Source: Octopus sinensis
Lineage: Eukaryota
Assembly: GCF_006345805.1 (NCBI RefSeq)
Contig: NC_043003.1
Location: 61,008,001-61,072,000, forward strand
DNA: 64,000 bases
Reading direction: 5' to 3'
Part shown: positions 24,664 to 37,965 of the stretch, piece after piece
How positions within the stretch are numbered: position 1 is the stretch's first letter
How the letters are laid out: every line of letters begins with the position of its first letter
Notes under the pieces: model-generated
Database searches by the model: none
What the model saw: only the letters and a program-made list of their open reading frames with translations
What the model was told of the DNA's origin: nothing
Position numbers and translations under genes: made by a program

Positions 24664-24831
24664 CATGTATACGACAGGCTTCTTTCAGTTTCTATCTACC
24701 AAATCCACTCACAAGGCTTTTGTCGGCCCGAGACTATAGTAGAAGACACTTCCCTAAAGTGCCACGCAGTGGGACTGAACCCGGAACCATGTGGTTGGTA
24801 AGCAAGGTACTTACCACATAGCCACTCCTGC
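24379..24831 (-). mobile_element. SINE A
   Basis: Reverse complement of 19674-20100. Confidence 0.92.
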
Positions 24832-25341
24832 TGTACCTTCTTTAAAAACAAGGACAAATTAAGTAATATGATGTCTGATACCTCGTGAATGTGCAAATAA
24901 AATGGTTTAGGTATCGGTTGAGGTCTCTTTTATAATAGTTCTGATTGATGAAAACATTCTTAGTATCTGAACTGCACAAACAACAACCACACGTTTATTT
25001 ACAGAGTCACGATTGAAGAACTTCCTCTGTAATTATACTTATGTTAAGTCATGATTAGTGAGTGGGTGGGAACACTGTGACAAGTGGAAGTTAAATGTCT
25101 ACCAATATAACTGATTATTCGTATGTGTATTTTTCATACGCCCACGCAAATGTATGCATATATCAGTAGAGAAGTGAAAGAGAAGAGAATGAAAAGGAGA
25201 GGAAAGTTAACCGAGTGTTGCTGTACAACCTACGCAAAAATATGAATTATTAAATATGAGGAAGTGAACCTCAAACACAAACATGTTTAAACAAATACAG
25301 CCGAATATTTTTGAGTTTATATGTATTATAAGTATTATACA

Positions 25342-25377
<36 letters not shown>

Positions 25378-25386
25378 TAGAGAGAG

Positions 25387-25417
<31 letters not shown>

Positions 25418-25443
25418 GAGAGAGAAATGCGAAAGGAAGAGAC

Positions 25444-25492
<49 letters not shown>

Positions 25493-26299
25493 ATATATAT
25501 ACCCAATTTATATTCTCATATGTTATAGTTTAATAATTACTGGTATCTTTATTAATATATTTTTATATGTAAAGCATAATATGTTATACATGTATGTATA
25601 TTCTTGTAATTGTCATTTTAGTTAATAAATAAATAAGGTGACATGATATAATGTCTAAAAGTTGATGAATCACCTATTGATCCCCTCCATTTACTTTTTG
25701 CCCCCCCCCTCTCTCTCTCTGTATATATATATTCTTGTAATATAACATACATGCACGCATATTTATATATAAGTACATATATAATAAATGTTTGTATTTA
25801 TCTCTCTCTCTCTCTCTCCCTTTCTCTCTGTATGTGTGCGCGCGCACTAGTGTATAATAATTTCGCTTTGGCATAGCAATATTAATAACAACTTGTTAGA
25901 TTTCTATATACATCTGCTTTAGAATAAGCATTTGGCGAACACATACCGTAATTTGAATTAATAATTAACAAAGGAATAGAGGGCACGTAATCACCTTCAT
26001 TAGGTTATAGCTGTTTCTGCTATATAGAAATAAAACACTCAGAACTGAGTGTTTGTGCAACATCCTATAGCTTCCTCGGAGCCCTTAAAAGCCTTTTAGA
26101 AAGCATTTTAAGACATACTGTGGCTCGAAACTCTACTTCTGTACTTCACAGTAGTAGCTTTGACTGTCCAATAGCTACGGTTGTTGTTAGCATGTCTTAG
26201 CATGTCCAACGATGCTACAAAGTTACTGGACTATGCAAGTCTACGGAAAGTTAGACTTGCAGAAGCGCAAGCATACATTCGCTACAAGCCGGAAACCAG

Positions 26300-26690
26300 A
26301 TAAATAGGGGTGATAATAATACGTGCTCGCCCACCCAACAGAGTGGCGTCGTAAAAGAGGTAAACAATGCGAAAAGGCGACTATCAGTACCTGAAGGGTC
26401 AACTGGAGTATCTACAGAAGCGGAGTGACCAGTATCTGCTAGAAATCTTAGGTATCCATAGGTCGACAGGGAGAGAGAAGACGGATAATTTTGCCATGTG
26501 CATGTATAACTGCAGGTTTATTGGAAAGGAAATTAGATGGGAACCAAAATGGAACACAAGGTCGAAAAGGAGTTCGTCCACTTGGGACAGACAGTAAATG
26601 TATGCCGAGACATGAATGAAGTTGAATCTAGCCACAGAAAATTTTGAAATAAGCATGATATAATATAAAGTCAAAATGTAATCTACCATG
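26300..26690 (+). mobile_element. Internally deleted RTE-like LINE remnant
   Basis: 26540-26680 matches 29115-29250 (KVE.EFV.LGQTVN). Confidence 0.5.
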
Positions 26691-26961
26691 ATTTGAAATG
26701 AAATATGATGAATAATTTTGATGCAAGTTAAATAAACAGAATGGGAAAGGCAGTAGGTGCGAAAGCAAGAGGTCTCATCGTAAGCAAAGAATGGGTGTCG
26801 AAAAGTGTATTCTGTAATTTGTTTTCATCATGCATGGAGGTTCTAAATGTCCGTCTTTCACGAAATATCACTCTCAAGCAAGATCATTTAGACCTGGGCA
26901 CCTATACGTAACAGCGTGGTCAATAAAGTCGAGTAATTCCATCAAAACTTGAAAAACGTGC

Positions 26962-27179
26962 TTACTCTTTACTCTTTTACTCTTTTACTTGTTTCAGTCA
27001 GTTGACTACGGCTATGCTGGATCACCGCCTTTAGTCGAGCAAATCGACCCCAGATCTTTGTAAGCCTAGTACTTATTCTATCGGTATCTCTTGCCGAACA
27101 GCTATGTTGCGGTAATGTAAACACACCAGCATCGGTTGTCAAACGATGTTGCGGGGGGGGTTCAAACACAGACACACAG

Positions 27180-27212
<33 letters not shown>

Positions 27213-27386
27213 CATATATACGACGGGCGTCTTTGAGTTTCCGTCTACCAAATCCACTCACAAGGCTTTGGTCGGCTCGAGGCTATAGTAGAAGACACTT
27301 GCCCAAGGTGCCACGCAGTGGGACTGAACCCGCAACCATGTGGTTGGTAAGCAAGCTACTTACCACACAGCCACTCCTACGCCTAT
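26962..27386 (-). mobile_element. SINE A
   Basis: Full head-to-tail match. Confidence 0.92.
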
Positions 27387-27409
27387 TTGTTTACTCCTGC
27401 TTGTTTACA

Positions 27410-29250
27410 AAATCTACTTACAATGTCATGATGGAAGATTTCAAAGCAAAGGCCAGAAAAGGGCAGCACGAAGAGAAACATGGAACATTTGGATTGGGAA
27501 AAAGAAATGAAAAAGGAGATTGTTTAGTCACCATGGCAGAAGTAAAAAGAATTTTCTTTGAGAACAACCTATTCATGAAATTATCCAGAAAGAGATGAAT
27601 CTCGATAAAACTCAGTCCCGAAATGAGACTGATTTTATCCCGACCAACAAAAAACGTACACTGTGGGACGTCTCACTCCTAGAGCCGTTCAACAAATGCA
27701 GCGACCATCAGTTGCTGCGGGCAAATACTGTCATCCATGATATTAGGGATTAAAAAAAAAACACTTCACGTCTCGATAATGAGCCAATACATCAAGGTGT
27801 TCCATGTGAGGCAGTTGCAATATGCTATCAAGAATGAAACCTGAAGGAATTAATGAAGATTATGATTCAGAGATCCAGAAAATGAAAAGCCGCATATGAA
27901 AAGCTAAAAGTGTAAACTCGCAAGAGATGGACGGAAAGATCTAGGAGAAAACAAGGGAAATGCTAGAGAAACAGAAGACTATGAAGAACATGGAAGACCT
28001 CTTGAGTTTTCTGTTCACTGTAAGTTATCGAAACTTCGAAAGATATCGGGAGAAGTTTCGAGAAATATAGATTGAAGAAGGTATAGCGGCCTGCAGAAGA
28101 GAGGAATCGTCTAAAGAGTACTGGAGAGAGAAACGGCACTTTATAAATAGAAGCTACTGATACTCCAGAACAAAGACGAACTGGCTGTGAAACCCAAAAC
28201 AGGGTGGAAAAGTTCTGTAAAATCTTTTACATCAATCTTTTAAAATCATCAGTGATTTTCAGTCTTAGGCTGTCATAAGCTGCCTTAGAAGAAGTGCTGC
28301 TCACTTTGGTTAGTGAAATGGAGAACGCTTTATAACTGATGAATAGAAATAAAGACGAGAAAAAATGTGAAATATTAAGTAGAAATGAGCAGCTGAGAAA
28401 AATCATCATTTTACGTTACAATCTCTATTTGAGTGATGATAAAATCACTCATTGCAGAAGGAATAAAATATTATTTAGCTTTAAAAGTTGAGTGATAGGA
28501 AAGAATTTTGAAACGTACTCTCATATGCTTTTGTTTTATTTTTTACTTATATCTACAACTGTTTATAAAGGTCGTAGTTACCAGAGTAGAGAAGAAACAT
28601 GATGAGAGGACCAGCTGGTTTTCGGAAGATGTACAACATGATAGATACATATTCATAAGCGAAAGAGTATCAGCTGTCTATTTGTCGTAGCATCATTATA
28701 GAAAAGCCTTCGGTAGTGTTGAAGTGAAGGCTATCATGAAGTATCTGCAGACATAAAAAATACAGCGCATCTAAACTCAATGGGAGGCGTATTGAGGATG
28801 TATCACCGATATAGGTCTGCTTTCACGACCCATAACAGATCGATTCAGCAAGTTCAAACAAAGTGAGCCTCCCTCTGCAGACCTCTACACTGTATGACTT
28901 GATGTTGATTCTGTCATTTCAATGAATGTATTATCAAAGACATTGATTGGAAGGTGGTACCAACGTCAACGGTGTGATTCTAATACACTTCGGATTTGGA
29001 GATGATATCATGTTCATAGCAGGAACTTCAGATCATCTGCAGGCCATGCCAACAGAGCTAAACATCCAGAGATAACCAGTAGATATCAAAATAAACCGCA
29101 TAAAAACAAAACGGCCCCAAAATGGAGCACAAGGTCGAACAGGAGTTCGTCTACTTGGGACAGACAGTAAATATGTGCCAAAACATGAATGATGATGAAT
29201 TTAGCCACAGAAAATTTTGAAAGAAGCATGATATAATATTGAAATATTAA
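27410..29250 (+). pseudogene. Decayed RTE-clade LINE (AP endonuclease + RT fragments)
   Basis: VMMEDFKAK..KG..GTFGLGKRNEKGD.LV (GDFNAKVG...FGLG.RNERG motif), NEIDFI-like, DHQLLRA, HFGFGDDIMFIA, EFVYLGQ; many stops and frameshifts. Confidence 0.75.
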
Positions 29251-29479
29251 TATTAGATGTTAAGAACGAGACCAAAATTACTGTGGACAAGTTTGTCAAC
29301 TCTGCTAATTTTGTACAGCGTTCGGCATGAAGAAGCTGAAATTTATTTTCTCAATGTTCATGGGGTAAATAGAAAGCCGAAGTCTCAATATAAAGGCAGA
29401 GCTATTGCGGTTTTTCAGACAGTGCATCTACACTTCTTCCCGGGAGCCTTGCACCACACTCCGTCTCCAATAGATATTA

Positions 29480-30230
29480 AATTGGAGGAGGAGTAGTTGT
29501 GTTGCAAGATCCTGCTAGTGGCCCCCAAAGGAGCAAAAGCCAATGAAATTAATGCATGCATTAAATCGCCAACGCTTTGAAAGAAAGTTATTACCTTCTC
29601 AACTCTGTAAACATGAAAGCAATTTTCGAACTGACTAGTCACTATGGTCTAAATTTTTGACAGACTCTTGCTGACAATAATAGCGCCACAGACCTGGATA
29701 CAATAACTGCAGTGATTAAGACAGAGGTTGATTTAGTACTGGTGATTATCGTTAGCTAACACACAAGCGTCTATGTGAAATAAAATGTTAGGATCAACAG
29801 TGTCAACTGGAACCTGCTGCAAGCACTTCCAGGAATAAGTCATATTTAGCAGACACTGTAGTAGGTCAAGAAGAAAAAGTACATTATCCTGTAGAATATT
29901 TTAAAATTTATTTGAAATTTTCAGGGCTGCCATTAAAAAAATAAAACACCCCAACAATGATACTTGCATAATCTAGTCCAGCATGGCTCTGCAATGGTTA
30001 AGAAACTTATACTTCATCTAATCAATATCATTAATCTCAGGGAGGAAGCAATCCCATTTCATAATAACAAATGCGCCATTTCGTTTATCTAATCTTTGCC
30101 ATGTCAATCAGTAAATCCCTAAGGAAAACACTGAGAGCTTCTGACTGCATCTTGCTGAATACTTTATTAATATCCAATTCTATGTAGAATGCGTAAGAGT
30201 TAAAGCATCTATAATCTATTTATGTTCTTT
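29480..30230 (+). pseudogene. Helitron PIF1-like helicase remnant
   Basis: GGGVVVL..KILLVAPKGAKANEINACIKS; NLLQALPG; DTVVGQEEKVHYPVEY; LCNG; FAMSISKS..KTL; QFYVECVRV. Confidence 0.8.
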
Positions 30231-30345
30231 TTCGTAAAACCAAAAACATTCAGTAACTTGAGGAGCTGACACGATATTCAAAATTCTCAGGCTTTTGCTG
30301 GATACACATCTAGTATCATATATGTTTGAGTTCATTGCAGATGTT

Positions 30346-30766
30346 ACTCTTTTACTCTTTTACTTGTTTCAGTAATTTCGCTGTGGCCATGCCGGAGCAC
30401 CGCCTTTAGTCGAGCAAATCGACGACACCAGAACTTATTCTTTGTAAGCCTAGTACTTATTCTATCGGTCTCTTTTGCCGAACCGCTAAGTTACGGGATC
30501 ATAAACACACCAGCATCGGTTGTCAAGCGATGTTGGGGGAATAAACTCAGACACAAACATATACACATACTCACACATATATACATATATATACACAAAT
30601 ACGACGGACTTCTTTCAGTTTCCGTCTACCAAATCCACTCACAAGGCTTTGGTCGGTCCGAGGCTATAGTAGAAGACACTTGCCCAAGGTGCCACATAGT
30701 GGTACTGAACCCAGAACCATGGGGTTCGTAAGCAAGCTACTTACCACACAGCCACTCCTACGCCTA
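30346..30766 (-). mobile_element. SINE A
   Basis: Full head-to-tail match. Confidence 0.92.
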
Positions 30767-31528
30767 TAATAAAATATTTTTCTGTGTTGCTGCATGTATT
30801 GCAATACTATTATTTGAATGAGAATGGTTCATCTAGACAATTCGATTTATCTTTTATATTTAATTTGTTTTAGTCATTATATTGCGGTCATGCTAGAGGG
30901 TTTAGTTGAACAATCGATCCTATTACTTATTTTTGAAGCATGGTTCTCAGTCTATCGATCACTTTCACCGAACTGTCAGGTTACGGGTGTAAACGAACCA
31001 ACAATGATTGTCAAGTGGTGGGAGACAAACACCACACAAATACACACACTCTCTCTCTCTCTCTCACACACACACATACATACGCCAACGGCTTCCACAA
31101 AGTTCCTGCCTATTAAATTCATTCATACGACATTCGTTTGCCCGGGGACAGAGCAGACGATAGTTTCTCAAGGTGTCGTGCAATAGGACTGAACATTAAA
31201 CCACTTAGTTTCAAAGAGAACTTCTCTAGCTTGTCAATTATATTAAAAATTAAAGAATCTCAAGAATGTGCTGGTGTCATAAGAATGATATATATTATTT
31301 ATGCAATGAATTTATGAAATATCTTATAATTGCATGTTCTCTTTAATGCAGTGCATTAAGCACCATAATGCTATAAAATGTATAGAATAACATTTCATCC
31401 TTACATGAAAGATAAATTTTCAAAGAAATTTACCATCATTCAATTAAACTGGTCATGTCTTTGTTCAAAGCAATTTAAAAAGCTACTTATAACACTAGGC
31501 AACGCCAAGCCTTTGCTAGCATCATATA

Positions 31529-31583
<55 letters not shown>

Positions 31584-31964
31584 ATCTTAATACTCTTTTC
31601 ACCTTAAGAGATGGATATGTTGGAGCATACACACCCACCCACACACACAATCATATATTTGCGCATAAATATATTCAAACATGTACAGTTGTAACGTGTT
31701 CATTATACTGAGGGTATACGAGTATTGATCTACCTATATAGATACGCTAACACACACACAAACCCAGGCTCACACACACATATATGTACATACATACATA
31801 CATACATACATACATACATACATACATACATACATACGTATATATCTTTATTAACGAAATGAAGCTTTACAAATTTATAAATGTTTCAATGAATTCTTCT
31901 GTTTCTTCAAATGCCAAACATATATATATATATACTCTACTTCTTATCCGATTTATGATCTACT

Positions 31965-32031
<67 letters not shown>

Positions 32032-32563
32032 ACAAAATATATACGCATACACACACACATGTATATATATATATATATGTGTATGCATGTGTGCATATGT
32101 GGGTTTGTGCTTGTACATATATACACACACACAAACACACACATATATATATATATATATATACATGCACATATACATCACACCTACGTAATATATACAT
32201 ACGTGTGTGTGCGTGTGTGTGTGTGTGTGTGAAGATGCTAGGATATTTCGTGTACAGCAACGTGATGATACTGGACACCCACACGACTATACACAGAGAA
32301 GGAAGAAAGTCTGTCATTTATAAGGCGTTTTAATGAGTCCTTAGTGACAGGTTAGTTACTATTTCACAGGTGGGAGTAAATGCAAAGGTGTAACAGAACG
32401 AAGATGGAATCTTTTGCAGAAGCTCGAATATTGACACGTGAGAATTAAGTTATAATGACGCAGGTGTGCAGTCTGGGTTTTAAGCTTACCATATGAAATC
32501 ATATAATTATTTCAATTTAACTACTATTACCTCCGCCTTAGCGTTGCGGAAGTATTGTTTCAG

Positions 32564-32695
32564 TCGACGTTGTTTGTCCATGGACAAGATATCTCAAGAA
32601 CCGCTGAATATGCTTGGCCTTATGACTGGAACGAACGCATTAAATTTTGGGATCGATCCGGTACCGGACAAGGAAAATTTGAATCCGTTTTATAA
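32564..32695 (+). CDS. Candidate host coding exon (product unknown)
   Basis: Non-repetitive open frame STLFVHGQDISRTAEYAWPYDWNERIKFWDRSGTGQGKFESVL*, after ttgtttcag; possible donor at 32661. No family recognised. Confidence 0.35.
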   Translation, partial: STLFVHGQDISRTAEYAWPYDWNERIKFWDRSGTGQGKFESVL

Positions 32696-32899
32696 ACTTT
32701 ATTTTTGAGAGTGGTCAGGTTCATTTTTAGTATTCTCGTTTGTGGGAGCAGTCGAGTTTATTCCAGATATTCTCATTTTAAAAATTATCCCCGACTAATC
32801 GTTGAGAGGACGTTGGTGTGTTGCCTTGGCGGAGGTTTACACTCTCTGAGTGCTCTTGTTAATATTACGATAATGGAAGGTGGTGTTCAAAGATCAATT

Positions 32900-33250
32900 A
32901 ACATCGAGAACGACTTTGTTATTCATCCTTTCGGGGTTGATAAAATAGGTATCAATTGAGCACTGGGGGCGATCTAATCGACTTAGCCTCTCCTCCGAAA
33001 TTTCCGGCCTTGTGCCAAATTTGAGACCACTCGTAAGATGGGCAGTGAGCTGCCAGAATTGTTAGCGCTCCGAGCAAAATGCTTAACGGCAGTTTGTCAG
33101 TCTTCACGTCCTGAGTTCAAATTCCACCGTGGCCGACTTTGCCTTATATCCTTTCAGGGTCGATTAAATAAGTACCAGTTGAGTACTGGGATCGATGTAA
33201 TCTACTTACTCCTCCCTCGAAATTGCTGGCATTAGGCCAAAATTTGAAAA
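32900..33250 (+). mobile_element. Two diverged SINE B copies
   Basis: catcctttcggggttgata...; gggcagtgagctgccagaa...gagttcaaattcc. Confidence 0.75.
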
Positions 33251-33369
33251 TGGGGGTGGTATAAAATAGTATTAATGATAATAACAAAAAGGATACTTTC
33301 CCAAGTTGCCACGTAGTGGGACGGAAAACGAAACCATATGGTTAAGAACAAGCTTCGTGTATATCTTTT

Positions 33370-33960
33370 ATACAAACGCCTCTGATTTTTTTCTAATCCT
33401 TCAATCCCGCTGCCCCCAACCAATCTCTCCTCCTTCCACATGACTAGTGTCCGGTCAACCATGATCTTTCTTTCTTGACCTGATTACCGTCCACCATCTC
33501 TTATGTCCATCTCCTTTAGGCTTTCACTTCATACACGCCAGCTTAATTTGATTCGTTCTCAGTCGAAACACAACAGTTGTTATTTCTTGTTGTTCGTATT
33601 CGTAATCGTGTACCAGGGCCTCCTTTTTTTGTTTGTTTGTTGTTTTTTTTTGTCTTTGTTGCCGTACACATTCGCTAGCTTTCATACAAAGGAGTCTAAA
33701 TGAGATGGTTCAATCTGGTTGCCCCCAGATTGAACCATTTCAAGTATAACTGCCCGAAATGGTTGTAACTTCTGGGACTTGACTGAGGAAAGAAGGCCAC
33801 GAATGATCCATCTTTTTTGCCTGTCCGCCTTTATATCATCTATCTGTCCGAATGATTTAATGTCCTCTATTGCGCTTTTGTTCCATTTATATATTTACAA
33901 AAACTCCGAATGACCCGTCCTTGTTTTCTTTGTATCGTCTATCTGGATGTTTTGTTGTCC
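33370..33960 (-). mobile_element. Highly decayed RTE-like 3' fragment
   Basis: Weak YG.ETW-like and KRW-like C-terminal traces only. Confidence 0.35.
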
Positions 33961-34003
33961 CTCTTTTGTATCACCTAGCTGTCCGGATGTTTTGCGTTCT
34001 TGT

Positions 34004-34038
<35 letters not shown>

Positions 34039-34066
34039 TTTACGCACACATACACACATATATTCA

Positions 34067-34194
34067 TTTATTCTTTTACTTGTTTCAGTCATTGTGGCAC
34101 CGCCTATAGTCGAACAAATCGACCCAGGACCTATTCTTTGTAAGCCCATGTGGTTGGTAAGCAAGCTACTTTCCACACAGCCACTCCTACGCCT
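34067..34194 (-). mobile_element. Internally deleted SINE A (head joined to tail)
   Basis: Tail cttgtttcagtc...tttgtaagcc fused to head catgtggttggtaagc...gccactcctacgcc. Confidence 0.85.
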
Positions 34195-34229
34195 AGATAT
34201 TATATATATATATGAACATACATAATATA

Positions 34230-34308
<79 letters not shown>

Positions 34309-34821
34309 ATCATACATATATATATATATACATACATATATATAACAACACACAAACACACAAACATTCTGCATATATACACACACGTATATATGTGTGC
34401 CTCTGTGTGTGCATGTGTGTGTGTGTGTATCAACGTCCCTTACTATTTTGATTCAATTTTACCACCATACTATGCGTTAAAAATTACAACGACGCTTGTA
34501 AACATGAGCCTGGAGACGCATTTCTGTATGCACTTTTAGAAAATGGTAAATTAATAGCTAAATATAGACGTGGCTGTAATTGTTGACTTAAAATGCAGTG
34601 TTGTATTATGTATAATACGGATTCATGTGAAGTTTCCCTGAAATTTGATACCTTATGATTATTATTCTTGTTATTATTTTTGAAAAGGTTTGGTGGAACC
34701 TTCACATAATTTTGGCAGTGAAAAATCCACGCTCTACCTTTGAAAAACGATATATTATCGTGATGCATACACGCATATACGTGTGTATGTGTGTGTGTAC
34801 GTGTGTGTGTGCATTTATATA

Positions 34822-35157
34822 AGCGCAGCTGTGTGGTAAGAAGCTTGCTTCCCAACCGCAGGGTCCGAGTTCAGACCCACTGGGTGACACCTTGGGCAAG
34901 TGTCTTCTGCTATAGCTTCGGGCCGACCAATGCCATGTGAGTGGATTTGGTAGACAGTAATTGAAAGAAGCATAATTGCTTGATAACCGATGGTGGTGTA
35001 CCTAAGTCCCCGAAACTTAGAGATTCGGCATAAGAGACCGACAGAATAAGTACTAGGCTTACAAAGAATAAGTCCTGAGGTCGATTTCTTTTACTAAAGG
35101 CGGTGCTCCAGCATGGCCACAGTCAAATGACTGAAACAAGTAAAGGAATAAAAGAAT
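34822..35157 (+). mobile_element. SINE A lacking the internal microsatellite
   Basis: Head and tail match. Confidence 0.88.
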
Positions 35158-35734
35158 ATATATATATATATATATATATATGTTAAAAGATCAAACCCGA
35201 ACATAGTTGTGCCTTTTATATAAGTCAGTCGCTCACACACATCTATACAGACATGGTGTGCATTATATTAGAAATTCAGCTATGTTCATTTGAGATTTAT
35301 CTTTAACATTTCACTTTGATTCATTGTTTAGTGAAGAAAAACCGTGTTCCTAGTTATTATTCCATTAAAGTTCCTATACATTCTCCGCCACATCATCGGA
35401 ATAAGCTTTTGGCTATATGTATTGTTCCTGCACTTTGAAGCAGGTCACAAGCGACCATAGAAATAATGATATACATTCTAAAAATCATTAACGTCCTATT
35501 TTATAATTACACAACAGTAAGTTCTGATTCATTTTATAATTTATTTTACGTGTGGCGAACCAGTGTGTTGGTGTTTGGTTTATATTTTACTATTATCAAA
35601 ACTTCCATAATCATTTTTATATAGAATTCCTATTTTAAGGAATTCTATGTAAATGTTTTATACTCTCCACTAATATCTTTCTCTGCAATTATATTTTGCT
35701 TACTACATTATTAATTACGATGACTTCGCGTTAC

Positions 35735-35878
35735 TCAGTGAGTATTGGAAAGTTCATGGCTTTAAGGGTATCCTGAAAGGTCTGGTTGGAGGTCCAACTT
35801 TCCGCTTTCGTTTACAGGGCTTAGCAAAAATGAAGGACAGCAGCAATAAGTGTGTGAATCTGAAAGTGGGATATCTTT
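35735..35878 (+). mobile_element. Mariner-derived non-autonomous fragment
   Basis: ggaaagttcatggctt TIR-like start; remnant of the transposase C-terminus (G..K.K...NKCVNL.G.Y). Confidence 0.55.
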
Positions 35879-35879
35879 T

Positions 35880-36007
35880 TTTTTTTTCAGTCATTTTGAC
35901 TGCGTCCATGCTGGAGCACCGCCTTTAGTCGAGCAAATCGACCCCGGGACTTATTCTTCGTAAGCCCAGTACTTATTCTATCGGTGTTTTTTGCCGAACC
36001 GCTAAGT
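35880..36007 (-). mobile_element. SINE A tail running into the gap
   Basis: cagtcattttgactgc...ccgaaccgctaagt. Confidence 0.85.
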
Positions 36008-36107
36008 NNNNNNNNNNNNNNNNNNNNNNNNNNNNNNNNNNNNNNNNNNNNNNNNNNNNNNNNNNNNNNNNNNNNNNNNNNNNNNNNNNNNNNNNNNNNN
36101 NNNNNNN
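36008..36107. other. Assembly gap (exactly 100 N; true size unknown)
   Basis: Direct read. Confidence 1.
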
Positions 36108-36723
36108 GTAAAGTATTATTTATAAATCGATTTGATTGTGAAATTCGCCACATTCACCGAGTCTCACAAAACTAACAATAACAGCAGCAAATAAGTATAA
36201 GTAAAAACAAAAAAAAAAACAGAAAAAGGAGGGAAATAAATAACAAAATATCAGAAAACGAAAAGAAAATATCTGTAAATAACGAGAACAAGTCCAATAT
36301 GGGATTTGAAAATAACGAAGGCAGCGTTTCCATGACAACGTTATGCGTGGTAAGAATATCTGCAGCTGGAAGGCCAACACCTTGCTGTATGTAGCTCAGG
36401 TTGTCGCTATTGTTGATGCTTCCATTATAGTAGTCTTACTACTCTCTGCCTTCTATGTCGCCATGGAAATTGATACACTATGTGGCATAGAATAATTCTT
36501 TTTTTTTCTTTTTTTTTTAGCTATCAATAGTACCATTATAATAACTCAATCGTAAATTACACACTGATTTTTTCTTCTTCTTTCCCTGTTGATGAATAGT
36601 CCAGCTAATTTAATCTTCAATTACCGGTTAAACGTATTTGTCGTAAAATAGCGGGCGAGACACAAGGACACATTCATTGATTAAGACATTGCTCTGGTCG
36701 AATGTTTTCTTGAAATGGCAAAC

Positions 36724-36809
36724 TTATAACTGTATGCCTAGGATTCTTCGAAGAGGTTTAAGCTTGGAATAAATTATGTCTGATTGGAGAATCCTATGAT
36801 AGAGACTAC
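36724..36809 (-). CDS. Probable terminal coding exon of the minus-strand gene
   Basis: Strong acceptor gtttgtttttgtattcag|; phase matches the phase-1 donor at 46746, giving ...GDQ-G-SLYHRILQSDIIYSKLKPLRRILGIQL*. Confidence 0.45.
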
Positions 36810-37149
36810 CTGAATACAAAAACAAACATGGTAACAACACTACTGCATCAATATGCATCAGTTTCCGTACTAATTATCCTTCCTAAGTGGCAATCATATT
36901 CAATGTTTGATACTGAATTTAGCTTATTTGCTTGCTTGTTTTTACGTCTAAATTGTAAGATGTCAATACGAGATAAAAACAAAATGTATTCAACTTACTT
37001 CGGCAACTGCTATCATCCTTGTTTCGATGCAAAATCACTTCGTGTGGATTTGAAGGTGGTACATTCACTGGAAAAATAAAAAAACAGAAAACCCTTTAAA
37101 AAAAATTTAATTGAATCATAATCAAGAAATGACATGTTATATTGTTTTC

Positions 37150-37965
37150 AAATTTTAGAACAAGGCCAGCAATTGTGGGGGAGGGGGATAAGCACCCCAG
37201 GATCCAACTGGTGCTTATTTTATAGACCCAGAGAGGACAAAAAGTAAAGTCGACCTCGGCGAAATTTGAACTCCGAACGTGAAGCCGAAAGAAATGCGGC
37301 TAAGAACTTTCTCCGGTGCTGTAACGATTCTGTTTTGTTTTTTTTTCTACACAGTACAAGGCTCGAAATTTTGAGGGAGGAGGCCAGTCGATTAGATTGA
37401 CCCCAGTACGCAACTGGTAGTTAATTTATCAACTCCGAACGGATGAAAGGCAAAGTCGATCTCGGCAGAATTTAAACTCAGAACGTAATGACAGACGAAA
37501 TACAACTAAACATTTCGCCCGGCGTGCTATCGTTTCTTATTTCTTTACTGCCCACAAGGGGCTACACAAAGAGGAGACAAACAAGGACAGACGAACGGAT
37601 TAAGTTGATTAGATCGACCTCAATGCGTAACTGGTACTTATTTAATCGACCCCGAAAGGAAGAAAGGAAAAGTCGACCTCGGTGGAATTTGAACTCAGAA
37701 CGTAGCAGTAGACGATATACCTGTTTCTTTACTACCCACAAGGCGCTAAACACAGAGAGGACAAACAAGGACAGACAAACGGATTAAGTCGATTATATCG
37801 ATCCCAGTGCGTAACTGGTACTTAATTAATCGACCCCGAAAGATGAAAATAAAGTCGAAGTCGGCGGAATTTGAATTCAGAACGTAATGGCAGACGAAAT
37901 ACGGCTACGCATTTCGCCCGGCGTGCTAACGTTTCTGCCAGCTCGCCGCCTTAGCGCTGTAACGA
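37150..37965 (-). mobile_element. Cluster of tandem SINE B copies
   Basis: Four gaaag..aaagtcgacctcgg units; head ends gctcgccgcctt near 37952. Confidence 0.9.
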
